Shown in pieces: positions 17,812-25,917 of a stretch of 35,766 nucleotides of DNA (within the stretch, counting starts at the first letter, position 1; the number at the start of each line of letters is the position of its first letter). Below the pieces are notes generated by a model. It ran no database searches. It had not been told where the DNA came from and saw nothing but the letters and a program-made list of their open reading frames with translations. Source of the DNA: Spirochaetales bacterium (GTDB taxonomy: Bacteria; Spirochaetota; Spirochaetia; Treponematales; UBA12059); NCBI GenBank assembly GCA_016928955.1, contig JAFGJV010000019.1, forward strand, positions 1-35,766, written 5' to 3'. The translations under genes were made by a program, and so were the position numbers.

Positions 17812-19539
17812 CTAGCGCCCGACCACACCGAGATACTCGGCGAACGACGAACCGTGATAGTCGTACCAGACATCCTCGAACGCGCCCCTGGCTTTGGCCG
17901 CGTCCAGCCAGGCGCGCAGCAAACCGGCCAGTTCCTCGTCGTCTTTTTTCACGCCCCAGGACAGTTCGTCCACGGTCTTTGACGCGGGGTACATGGCCAA
18001 GGTGGCATAGCCGCGCAGCCAGGCCACCGCAAAGCTGGAATCGGCCAGCGTGGCGTCCGCCGCTCCCGTGGCCACCAGGTCCACGCTCTGGCCCATGGAC
18101 TGCGTTCGCGTTACGACGGGCCTGACGCCGGTCTCAGCCAGGCGCTCGGCCAGCCAGGGCTCGTAGCTGGAATCGGCCAGCACGCACAGGGGACGGCCTT
18201 CCAGGTCGGCTATGGACTCCACGCGGTCGTCCTCGCGGAAAATCCACACCAGGGTGCTGGGGAACACGGGCACAAAACGGAGGAATTTTTCCCGCCACGG
18301 CAGGGGCGTGAACGGGGCCACATACATGTCCACGCGCCGTATGAGGTCGGGGGTCCAGGGCAGTTTGGGATCCGTCTTGACCCGCTCCGGCAAGGCGCCG
18401 CCTGCCGTCCAGAAATCCTGAAAGCTAACGGTTTCCACGACCAGCTCTATGCCGAACGTCTCCGCGAATCGGGCCAGGAGGGCGTAATGGTAGCCGGCCG
18501 GGGGAAGGCCGGGGCGGCTTTCATACACGGTCAGGTCGGCGTCCAGGGCGGCGCGCAGGCCCGAGCGCCTGAGTTCCGAAATGCGCTCGGCCTGGGCTTC
18601 CGTGATAGCCGGCATGGCTATGTCGCGGCAACGCGCCAGGATCTCGTACTCGTCGTAGGTCATGCGGAAAGAATCGGACCACAGGCGCCTGAGCGTCCCG
18701 TCCAGCCTGGCGGAATCCAGGAAGGACCTGAGCGCCGACTCCAGTTCGTCGTTGCCCTTTTGGAGCGCCCAGCACAGGCTTTGCTGTTCGGAAACGCTCG
18801 GGCCCACGGTTATGTCGCCGCGGGTCATGAGCACGCTGGCCAGCCCAAAAGCGTCGCGGAACGTGAAATCCGCCTCGCCGGCCACCACGGCCCCGATCGT
18901 GTCGTAGTCATAGGGCTTCAGCTCGGGCCGCAGGTCGATACCCAGGCGGTCCACCAGATCCCGGGCGTACGCCTCAAAACTGGTCCGCCTGATGACGAGC
19001 GCCGACTTGCCCGAAAGTTCCTGCACCCCGCGCGCCTGTGCTCCTTTGGGGAACACGGTCAGGATACGGTTGGGGACCACGGGAACCAGGGTGCTGATTT
19101 TCTCGCGCCACAGGAGCGGGGTCAGGGCGTGGACGACCATGTCCACGCGGGAAAAAATGTCCGGCGTGGCGTCCGGGGGCGGATCATCGAAAACGGGCTG
19201 GCCGTTGACGGCCAAGAGCTCGTCGTACCCCACCACCTCAATGACCAGGGGAAGGTCCAGGCGACGCGCGAACTCGGCCGCGAGCAGGGTCATGAACCCG
19301 CCTGGGCTCCCATCCGCGCGCGGTTCGTATATGCCCTCGGTCAGGGTGGTGGCGACGCGCAGACCCCCTTGTCCCCGGAGTCGATCTGCCAGGGCCAGGG
19401 CGCGGCCATCGGGCGCCCAGGGCTCGGCCACGGCGGCTCCGGCAGGCTCGGGGTCGGGCTCACCTTGGGCGCAGGCAAACACGGCCACGGCCACGGCCAG
19501 AGCAAGGCCCATAACGCCCACTGTTGTCCAGAATCGCAT
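17812..19539 (-). CDS. Probable lipoprotein with two tandem family-3 solute-binding domains
   Basis: GGAGG RBS; signal peptide ending VFAC; internal duplication (TPDIFSRVDM..TPLLWREK vs TPDLIRRVDM..TPLPWREK); SBP_bac_3-like GEAD/GAAD and WALQKG/WGVKKD segments. Confidence 0.8.
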   Translation of the reverse strand: MRFWTTVGVMGLALAVAVAVFACAQGEPDPEPAGAAVAEPWAPDGRALALADRLRGQGGLRVATTLTEGIYEPRADGSPGGFMTLLAAEFARRLDLPLVIEVVGYDELLAVNGQPVFDDPPPDATPDIFSRVDMVVHALTPLLWREKISTLVPVVPNRILTVFPKGAQARGVQELSGKSALVIRRTSFEAYARDLVDRLGIDLRPELKPYDYDTIGAVVAGEADFTFRDAFGLASVLMTRGDITVGPSVSEQQSLCWALQKGNDELESALRSFLDSARLDGTLRRLWSDSFRMTYDEYEILARCRDIAMPAITEAQAERISELRRSGLRAALDADLTVYESRPGLPPAGYHYALLARFAETFGIELVVETVSFQDFWTAGGALPERVKTDPKLPWTPDLIRRVDMYVAPFTPLPWREKFLRFVPVFPSTLVWIFREDDRVESIADLEGRPLCVLADSSYEPWLAERLAETGVRPVVTRTQSMGQSVDLVATGAADATLADSSFAVAWLRGYATLAMYPASKTVDELSWGVKKDDEELAGLLRAWLDAAKARGAFEDVWYDYHGSSFAEYLGVVGR

Positions 19540-19679
19540 CCGAGGCCCTCCGCTGGTTCCGTTCATGCCGCATGCTAGCACGGGCAGTGTCCAGGAGCGT
19601 TCAGAAATCGAACATTCACGCCGGTGTTCTCTAGCATATTGTCAAGGAAGCGCGAGCGCAAGAACGCGGCCCAGCCTCA

Positions 19680-20939
19680 TCAACGCTTGGCGGAGCTACG
19701 GATCGTGTCGCCGCGGTAGATGAACAAACTGAACCCGGCGCTCAAGAGGGATAAGACCGCCACAAACGGCCACACGGCCGCCGATCCCCGTGCGTCGGAG
19801 ACGGCGCCGGCCACCAGCGGCCCCATGGCGCCGCCAGCCACGTGACAGACGGATATGAAGGAATTGATACGCGCCCGGAATTCCGGCGGGGAACGTTCCG
19901 CTATAAAGGCGTTGCCGTTGGTCGCGCCTAGGATTTCGCCCACGGTCCATAAGGCGGTCATGCCCAGTATGGGTAGGGCGGACAAAGACAGGGCGTAGCC
20001 GCCAAACCCGGCCGCGTAGAAGAGATAGGACAGGGAAACGGCAGCCAGGCTGGGAAGCCGCCTGGACAAAAGGGTCACCAGCGATGTGAGCAGTACCACG
20101 GTCAGCCCGTTGGTGGTCATGGCCGAGCCGAACAGCTTGGGCCCGAGTTCCGGCCCAAGCCCGTCTTTGAGGTACACGGGCAGGGCAAAGCTGTGCTGGG
20201 CGTAAATGAAGGAGCCGAGCACGCTGGACAGGCCGTACAGCACCAGGATGGGATGGCGCCTGAGCGCGTCCACCAGGGCGGACTTTCTTGAAAGGGGACG
20301 GGCTACGATCGTCGCCTCAGCGGCCCGCTCAGCGACGGCCGCCTGGGCGCCTCCAGGCGCCGCGCCCGGCCGCCGTACGAATAGGCCGACCACGCCTGCC
20401 GCTATGAACAGGGCCACCGCGTTGCCGACAAACAGGGCGCGCGGGGCGGCGTCAAACAGCAGTCCGGCTATCAGCGGCCCGATCGAGAACCCTATGTTGT
20501 TGCCCCAGTAGATCAGGGCAAAGGCTTCCTTGGTCCGCTCGGGCGGGGCCCTGTCCGCGACCAGGGCGTTGATCAGGGGCCAGGTACCCTGAAGCGTCAC
20601 CAGGGCGGCGGCCATCAGAAAGGGCGTAACGGGCGTAAAGCCGACCAGGGCGCACACCAGGAAGATCCCGGCCGTGGCGGCCTGGAGCCAGCGCAGGACG
20701 CCTGCCCGTTCCAGCCTGTCGCCCAGGTGGCCGCCGGCGAACAAGCCCACGGCGCCGGCAACCGTAACGCCCGATACGAAGGCGCCCGCGGCGCCGTCGG
20801 CGTAGCCCAGCTTGATGGTGAGGATCATGGTCAAAAACGGCCCCACAAAGCTGCCCGCGGATACCACAAGTCGCACCACAAAGAGGGCGTATATCTCCGG
20901 GGGCAGTTTTGCCGTGGGAAGCGCGCTGGCGCGGCTCAT
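19680..20939 (-). CDS. MFS transporter
   Basis: About 12 TMs; motif A-like GGHLGDRLER; NIGFSIGPLIAG; WTVGEIL. Confidence 0.9.
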   Translation of the reverse strand: MSRASALPTAKLPPEIYALFVVRLVVSAGSFVGPFLTMILTIKLGYADGAAGAFVSGVTVAGAVGLFAGGHLGDRLERAGVLRWLQAATAGIFLVCALVGFTPVTPFLMAAALVTLQGTWPLINALVADRAPPERTKEAFALIYWGNNIGFSIGPLIAGLLFDAAPRALFVGNAVALFIAAGVVGLFVRRPGAAPGGAQAAVAERAAEATIVARPLSRKSALVDALRRHPILVLYGLSSVLGSFIYAQHSFALPVYLKDGLGPELGPKLFGSAMTTNGLTVVLLTSLVTLLSRRLPSLAAVSLSYLFYAAGFGGYALSLSALPILGMTALWTVGEILGATNGNAFIAERSPPEFRARINSFISVCHVAGGAMGPLVAGAVSDARGSAAVWPFVAVLSLLSAGFSLFIYRGDTIRSSAKR

Positions 20940-20984
20940 GTCTGGTATCCCTTCAAGCGGCGCGGACCTCAGCCGGTCCGCGCC

Positions 20985-21470
20985 TCACGCGCTGTACGCC
21001 TTGCCCCGCAGGGAGTCGATGTCCAGCCTGAGTATGGTAACCGCGTCGTAGGACGCGTCGTTCTTGATGTTGCGCTCCAGTATCGGCTGCGGATCCTTCT
21101 CAAGGTGCCCAAGCAGGGTCAGGAGGGCGTGCTTCTTCTCGGCCAGGTCCGTGACCACGGCCATCCGGCCGCGTATGACCAGGGACGCGTAGTCATGGTC
21201 GCACTTGCCATCCAGATACCCGCGGTCCTGGATGACGGTAGCGCATACCCGGTCGTTGGCCCTGATGAAGTCGAGCTTGTCGCCGTGATTGGAGCTGTGA
21301 AAATACACGTTCCCGCTATCCCGGTCGTAGCCATAGCTCAGCGTCACGATGTACGGCTCGTCGACCCTGGCCAGGGCCAGGGTCATGTATTTCCCGGCTT
21401 TGAGGATGCCGGTCAGCTGTTCCTGGTCCAGGATTTCCTTGTCCCGCCTGCGGGGATGGTACGACGCCAT
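20985..21470 (-). CDS. Pyridoxamine 5'-phosphate oxidase-like / NimA-type flavin-binding protein
   Basis: RRRDKEI, PYIVTLSYGY, YFHS..GDKLDFI, YASLVIRG; GGAGGA RBS before ATG 21470. Confidence 0.85.
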   Translation of the reverse strand: MASYHPRRRDKEILDQEQLTGILKAGKYMTLALARVDEPYIVTLSYGYDRDSGNVYFHSSNHGDKLDFIRANDRVCATVIQDRGYLDGKCDHDYASLVIRGRMAVVTDLAEKKHALLTLLGHLEKDPQPILERNIKNDASYDAVTILRLDIDSLRGKAYSA

Positions 21471-21577
21471 GACTATCCTCCAACGCTGCGCTAGTGGGCG
21501 CAGTATACCATACACGGCCTCAAGTCCAGCGGCTTCGGACAGCGCCGTCGCCGCTTCCCCTGCCGTTCACGCCCGGC

Positions 21578-22378
21578 CTACACGCGGGTATCCATGCGGT
21601 TGCCGGATTCGTAGCGCTTGAGGCCCAGGCCAAAGAACGCCCTGGCCAGTACCGCGTACACGATGGCCACGCCCCAGAGGGCGGGCACCAGGGGCCAGTC
21701 CATGGAACGGAACACGCGCAGCGGCACAAAGGCCACAAAGCCCGAAGGTACCAACGAATACAGCACCCAGCGGAGACCCTTCCCGAACACGCCCTCCGGA
21801 TACAGCGAAAAAGACAACAGGAACTCGCTCAGGGCGCCCGCTATGCCCTGGGAATTGCCCATGAAGAAGGCCAGGCTTTCGGCCATGGCAAAGGCCGACG
21901 CGAATATCACGGCCGCCGGCACCGCCAGGGCGCAGAACAGGGCCAGGCGCTCAAGGCTCAGGCCGGGGAGGAGACCCAGGACCACAAAGCCGTACAGAAG
22001 GTCGCCCCAGGCCCCCACGTCGGTCTTGGACAAAAGGACATTGAGGAGCGCGTCTTTGGGCTGGAGCAGGTACACGTCCAGGGATCCTTCCATGATGATC
22101 CTGCCCAGCTGGCGCACGTTGCCGGCCAGGATGTGGGCCAGCCCAAAAGCCGTGGACACCAGGCCCCACACGAACATCACGTCCTGGAAACCGTAGCCGC
22201 CCACGGCCCCCGTCCGGCCTATCAGCACGGCCCAGAAGGCGGCAAAAGCCGCGTTGTTCAGCATCATCCCAAAGGTCTGCACCAGGAAGTTCACCCGATA
22301 CTCGATCACGCTCTTCACGTTGGCCGCAAAAGCCGCGGCCATGAAGCGGCCATACGCCGCCAGTCTCCATTTCCTCAT
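21578..22378 (-). CDS. ABC-2 type permease (ABC2_membrane_6 / COG3694-like)
   Basis: EYRVNF, GSLDVYLLQP, SLYPEGVF, GLKRYESG. Confidence 0.88.
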   Translation of the reverse strand: MRKWRLAAYGRFMAAAFAANVKSVIEYRVNFLVQTFGMMLNNAAFAAFWAVLIGRTGAVGGYGFQDVMFVWGLVSTAFGLAHILAGNVRQLGRIIMEGSLDVYLLQPKDALLNVLLSKTDVGAWGDLLYGFVVLGLLPGLSLERLALFCALAVPAAVIFASAFAMAESLAFFMGNSQGIAGALSEFLLSFSLYPEGVFGKGLRWVLYSLVPSGFVAFVPLRVFRSMDWPLVPALWGVAIVYAVLARAFFGLGLKRYESGNRMDTRV

Positions 22379-22380
22379 GA

Positions 22381-23187
22381 TCAGCCTCCGTTGAGGGCCA
22401 CGCGCCGGGAACTCAGGGAGAAGACGGCGCGGGCCAGGAGCACGGCAAACGCCACCCAGGCCAGCTGCCTGGCTATCAGGGACAGCGCGTCCGCCGGGCT
22501 AAAGGCGACGAACACCCGCGCGGGCGCCCAGGACAGGTACGGGAAGGGCGTCCATAAAGCCGCCGCCGCCACCGTGTCCGGCAGGAACTCGATGGGCACC
22601 AGCGTGCCGACTACCAGCACGAGCTTCTGGTACACCCAGTAGAACGCGTCGTTTTCCTCCAGCCAGAAGGCGGTCAGCGATATGCTGAAATGGAGAAGAA
22701 AGTTGAGCGACCCGGCCAGGAGAAGCGACACGGCCAGGAGCCCTCCCCGCAGGATTTCCGCCCCAAGGCCGCCGCCCGCGGACGGCGGCGTGCCCACCAG
22801 CAGGAAACCCACCGCCAGGCCCTCGGCCAAAATGACGGCGGCGTCCGCAAGGCTGCCTCCCACCCGCTCGGCGTAGTTGTAGGCCACAAAGTCGTACGGC
22901 CGGCCCAGCTGGTACGCCACCTGCCCGCTTTTCACGTCGCGCGACAGGCCCCAGAAATAGCGGCCAAAGCCAAAGCTCGTGATCTCGGCCACAATGAAAT
23001 ACCACACGGCCATGGATTGGGTGTAGCCGGCTATCTCAGAGCGTCCGGCGTAAGCCCCGGCCCATACCCGGGAGAAGATGAACACAAAGAGACCGTAGGT
23101 CAGCATGGACGCCGTGAAATTCCCGAGGTACATGGTGCGTTCCCGCAGAGACGTGGACGCGGCCACGGAATAGAGCCTGGCCCTCAT
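22381..23187 (-). CDS. ABC-2 type permease (COG4587-like)
   Basis: DVKSGQVAYQLGRPY, LTAFWLE, GTLVPIEFLP, C-terminal NGG; ATGA-type overlap with the ATPase. Confidence 0.88.
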   Translation of the reverse strand: MRARLYSVAASTSLRERTMYLGNFTASMLTYGLFVFIFSRVWAGAYAGRSEIAGYTQSMAVWYFIVAEITSFGFGRYFWGLSRDVKSGQVAYQLGRPYDFVAYNYAERVGGSLADAAVILAEGLAVGFLLVGTPPSAGGGLGAEILRGGLLAVSLLLAGSLNFLLHFSISLTAFWLEENDAFYWVYQKLVLVVGTLVPIEFLPDTVAAAALWTPFPYLSWAPARVFVAFSPADALSLIARQLAWVAFAVLLARAVFSLSSRRVALNGG

Positions 23188-24200
23188 GCCGAGCCTCCCC
23201 GCGTCACGGCCGCCGCCTCCGCGCCCGAGCGCGCCGCGTATATCTGCTCGATCACGTTCTCAAGCGGCTCGTCCTCAACCGTGATGTCCACCAGCTCGCC
23301 GCGCTCGGCCAGGGCGCGCACCACGTCGCGCAGGGCATGGCGGTTGGTGTCCACCTCGTAGCGCGCACTCTGCTCGGTGCGCTTGAGAGGCGACAGGCCG
23401 GGCAGGTCCATGGACGTGGGACGGGCGTAGCGCACACCAACGTGCTTGCGGGACAGGGCCCGATGCTTGAGCGTCTTCATGGACTCGTCCACCACCACCT
23501 CGCCGTGGTGGATGATCACGGCCCGCTTGCACACCTTTTCTATGTCGCCCATATCGTGGCTGGTGAGGAAGACGGTCACGCCGTCGCGCTTGTTGAGCTC
23601 CTCTATCAGCCGGCGGATCTCCTTGCGGGCCACCACGTCCAGCCCTATGGTCGGCTCGTCCAGAAAGAGCACCCGGGGCGCGTGTATGAGACTGGCGGCT
23701 ATCTCGCAGCGTATGCGCTGCCCAAGCGACAACTTGCGCACGGGCACGTCCATGAGCTCGGCAAGGCCAAAGCGCTCCACAAGCGCGCCGGTGCGCTCCC
23801 GCAGGAGCTTCGGTTCCACCTCGTACACCGCGCCAAGCAGCCTGAACGAGTCGGCCGGCGGCAGGTGGAACCACAGCTGGCTCTTCTGCCCGAACACCGA
23901 GCCTATGGACCAGGCCAGGCGCTTGCGCTCCCTGGCTGGATCAAGGCCAAGCACGCGGGCTCCGCCGCCGGAAGGCGTGAGTATGCCGGTCAGCATCTTG
24001 ATGGTTGTGGACTTGCCCGCCCCGTTGGGCCCAAGAAAGGCGACCACTTCGCCTTCATCCACCGAAAAATTCACGCCCTTGACGGCGTCGACGATCCGGC
24101 GCTCGGGCCGCACCAGAGCGCGCAGGGCGGCAAAGCGCCCCTGGGGCCGCACGCGGAGAATAAAACGCTTGGACAGGTTTTCGGCCACGATGGCGGCCAT
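23184..24200 (-). CDS. ABC transporter ATP-binding protein (NatA/COG4586-like)
   Basis: GPNGAGKS, VFGQKSQLW, LSLGQRIR, LDEPTIGLD, TSHDMGDIE; GGAGG RBS. Confidence 0.93.
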   Translation of the reverse strand: MAAIVAENLSKRFILRVRPQGRFAALRALVRPERRIVDAVKGVNFSVDEGEVVAFLGPNGAGKSTTIKMLTGILTPSGGGARVLGLDPARERKRLAWSIGSVFGQKSQLWFHLPPADSFRLLGAVYEVEPKLLRERTGALVERFGLAELMDVPVRKLSLGQRIRCEIAASLIHAPRVLFLDEPTIGLDVVARKEIRRLIEELNKRDGVTVFLTSHDMGDIEKVCKRAVIIHHGEVVVDESMKTLKHRALSRKHVGVRYARPTSMDLPGLSPLKRTEQSARYEVDTNRHALRDVVRALAERGELVDITVEDEPLENVIEQIYAARSGAEAAAVTRGGSA

Positions 24201-24260
24201 GGGGGACCTCCGAGTCGACGGGACGGCGCCGCCAGAGCGGCAGACGGGTCCCGTGGTCGA

Positions 24261-24388
24261 TCGAGACTCCGTCCTCGGGCTTTTGTCCCGTGGGTGTCGC
24301 GGCTGTCACGCGGCCGCCGGCGCCGCTCGGTCTCGGCCACCGGCAGCGTCTTCACGCTGGCCGGGCGGAACCCTAGGCGCCCTCTCGA
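24261..24388 (-). ncRNA. ykkC-yxkD family riboswitch aptamer, subtype 2-like variant (ligand unresolved)
   Basis: Minus strand UCGAGAG-GGCGCC-UAGGGUUCCG-[hairpin]-GACCGAGC-GGCGCC-G-[GCGGC..GCCGC]-GACACCCA-CGGG-ACAAAAG-CCCG-AGGACGGAG-UCUCGA; the ykkC landmarks are present in order in the 5' UTR of the ABC operon. Confidence 0.85.
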
Positions 24389-24402
24389 AGGTAGATGCAC
24401 TG

Positions 24403-24431
24403 TTTGTAGCTGACCCTCGCTCGGCGGTCAA
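24403..24431 (-). promoter_or_regulatory. Candidate sigma70 promoter for the riboswitch-ABC transcript
   Basis: TTGACC (24431-24426)-N17-TACAAA (24408-24403); predicts a start near 24396, just before the aptamer. Confidence 0.55.
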
Positions 24432-24537
24432 GTGGATGTACCGTTACTGCGAGGAGCATCGCACGCGCCCGCCGGGCCGGGAATGGTTCACGCCCGGCAT
24501 CTTGCGCGTTGGGCGTACCGAGTCTATCCTTATAGCC

Positions 24538-25917
24538 GTGGTAACCTTACCAGGCGAGCTGGACAGCGACGTCATCCCCTACAGGCGCCCCGCCGTTATC
24601 TTTGGCGTGTTGACCACCTGCCTGCTCTATGTCCTGTCCGCGACCGCTGCCCATTTCTGGATGGCCCACCTGGGCGACATGGAGCGCGTCGAGGTGTCCC
24701 AGGAAGCGTCGCGCCTCCGCGCCCGCCTTGAGAACGTGCTCAACGAAAAGCTGTCCATGGAACGTGGCCTGGTGGCGTACATAGAAACCAACCCGGACAT
24801 GACCACCGACGAATTCAACGCCTATACCTCCGCCCTGATCATGGACGACCCCGTAATACGCAACATATCGGTGATCAAGGGCACGGTCATAGGCTTTGCG
24901 TTTCCGTACCAGGGGAACGAAGCTGCCATAGGCAAGGACCTTTCCCTCATACCCGAACAGGCGCCCACCCTCAGGCTGGCCATGGAAACCAGAAAGCCCA
25001 TCCTCTCCGGCCCCCTGGACCTGGTCCAGGGCGGGCGCGGCATCATCACGCGCATGGGCATCTTTCCCATCGGCGAACTGGGCCCTGAATACTGGGGCCA
25101 GGCCAGCGTGGTTCTGAACGAGGACGAGGTATACCGCCAGGCGGGTTTTTATGACGCCACGGCCATACGGCTGGCCATCCGCAAAGTAGACGAACGCGGC
25201 GTTGACGGGCCAGTGTTCCTGGGAGATGAGTCCGTCTTCCTGGACGAGCATATTGCCCTTGACGTGGTGGTGCCGGGCGGCTCGTGGCGAATGGCGGCCG
25301 TGCCGGCCGAGGGATGGCCGCGCTACACGGTCTATGTCGTGGCCAGCGTGGTCATCCTCCTGGGCCTGTCCACCGCGTTGGGAGTCGTCATTTACCTGCT
25401 GGTGTCCGCGCGCGGGCGGCTGGCCATCATGGCCTACCGCGACCAGCTGACGGGCATGCCAAACCGCCTCCTGTTCTGGGACCGCCTGTCGGTAACGCTG
25501 CCCCAGGCCGAGCGCGACGGCCGTCGCGTGGCCCTGCTCATGCTGGACATGGACGGCTTTAAGGAAGTGAACGACACCCTTGGACACGCCGCCGGGGACG
25601 CGGTGCTGGTGGAGGCTGCCGCCCGCCTGAGCGCGGCCTTCCGGCGCGGCGACACGGTGGCCCGGCTGGGAGGCGACGAGTTCGCGGTGATAGCCCCGTT
25701 GTGCGGCGACGCGGGGGCGCGTATCGTGGCCGCAAAGGCCGAGTCCTGCTTCACGGAGGCCTTCAGAGCGGCCGGAAGCATCAAGCTGTCCGCCAGCGTC
25801 GGCATGGCTGTCTTCCCGGACGACACCCACGACCCTGAGGAGCTCCTGGCCATGGCCGACCGGGCCATGTACAAGGTCAAGATAAAACCGGCTAGCGCTT
25901 CCAGAACGAACGGGTAA
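24538..25917 (+). CDS. CHASE-domain diguanylate cyclase
   Basis: TM-CHASE (SGPLDLVQGGRGII, YWGQASVV)-TM; DQLTGMPNR, DMDGFKEVNDTLGHAAGD, RRGD I-site and RLGGDEF; start approximate (GTG 24538); 3' end overlaps the convergent trkH by 26 bp. Confidence 0.9.
   Translation: MVTLPGELDSDVIPYRRPAVIFGVLTTCLLYVLSATAAHFWMAHLGDMERVEVSQEASRLRARLENVLNEKLSMERGLVAYIETNPDMTTDEFNAYTSALIMDDPVIRNISVIKGTVIGFAFPYQGNEAAIGKDLSLIPEQAPTLRLAMETRKPILSGPLDLVQGGRGIITRMGIFPIGELGPEYWGQASVVLNEDEVYRQAGFYDATAIRLAIRKVDERGVDGPVFLGDESVFLDEHIALDVVVPGGSWRMAAVPAEGWPRYTVYVVASVVILLGLSTALGVVIYLLVSARGRLAIMAYRDQLTGMPNRLLFWDRLSVTLPQAERDGRRVALLMLDMDGFKEVNDTLGHAAGDAVLVEAAARLSAAFRRGDTVARLGGDEFAVIAPLCGDAGARIVAAKAESCFTEAFRAAGSIKLSASVGMAVFPDDTHDPEELLAMADRAMYKVKIKPASASRTNG

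Noticed and set aside
24261..24388. Calling the riboswitch canonical guanidine-I
   Set aside because: Has ACACC rather than ACACGG, lacks the CCCGGGAG tail, has a P0 helix, and downstream genes are not guanidine exporters or carboxylases
23446..24537. 823-aa ORF suggesting a long N-terminal extension on the diguanylate cyclase
   Set aside because: The extension is antisense to the ABC ATPase and the riboswitch; an open-frame artefact of high GC. Recognisable protein starts near 24538
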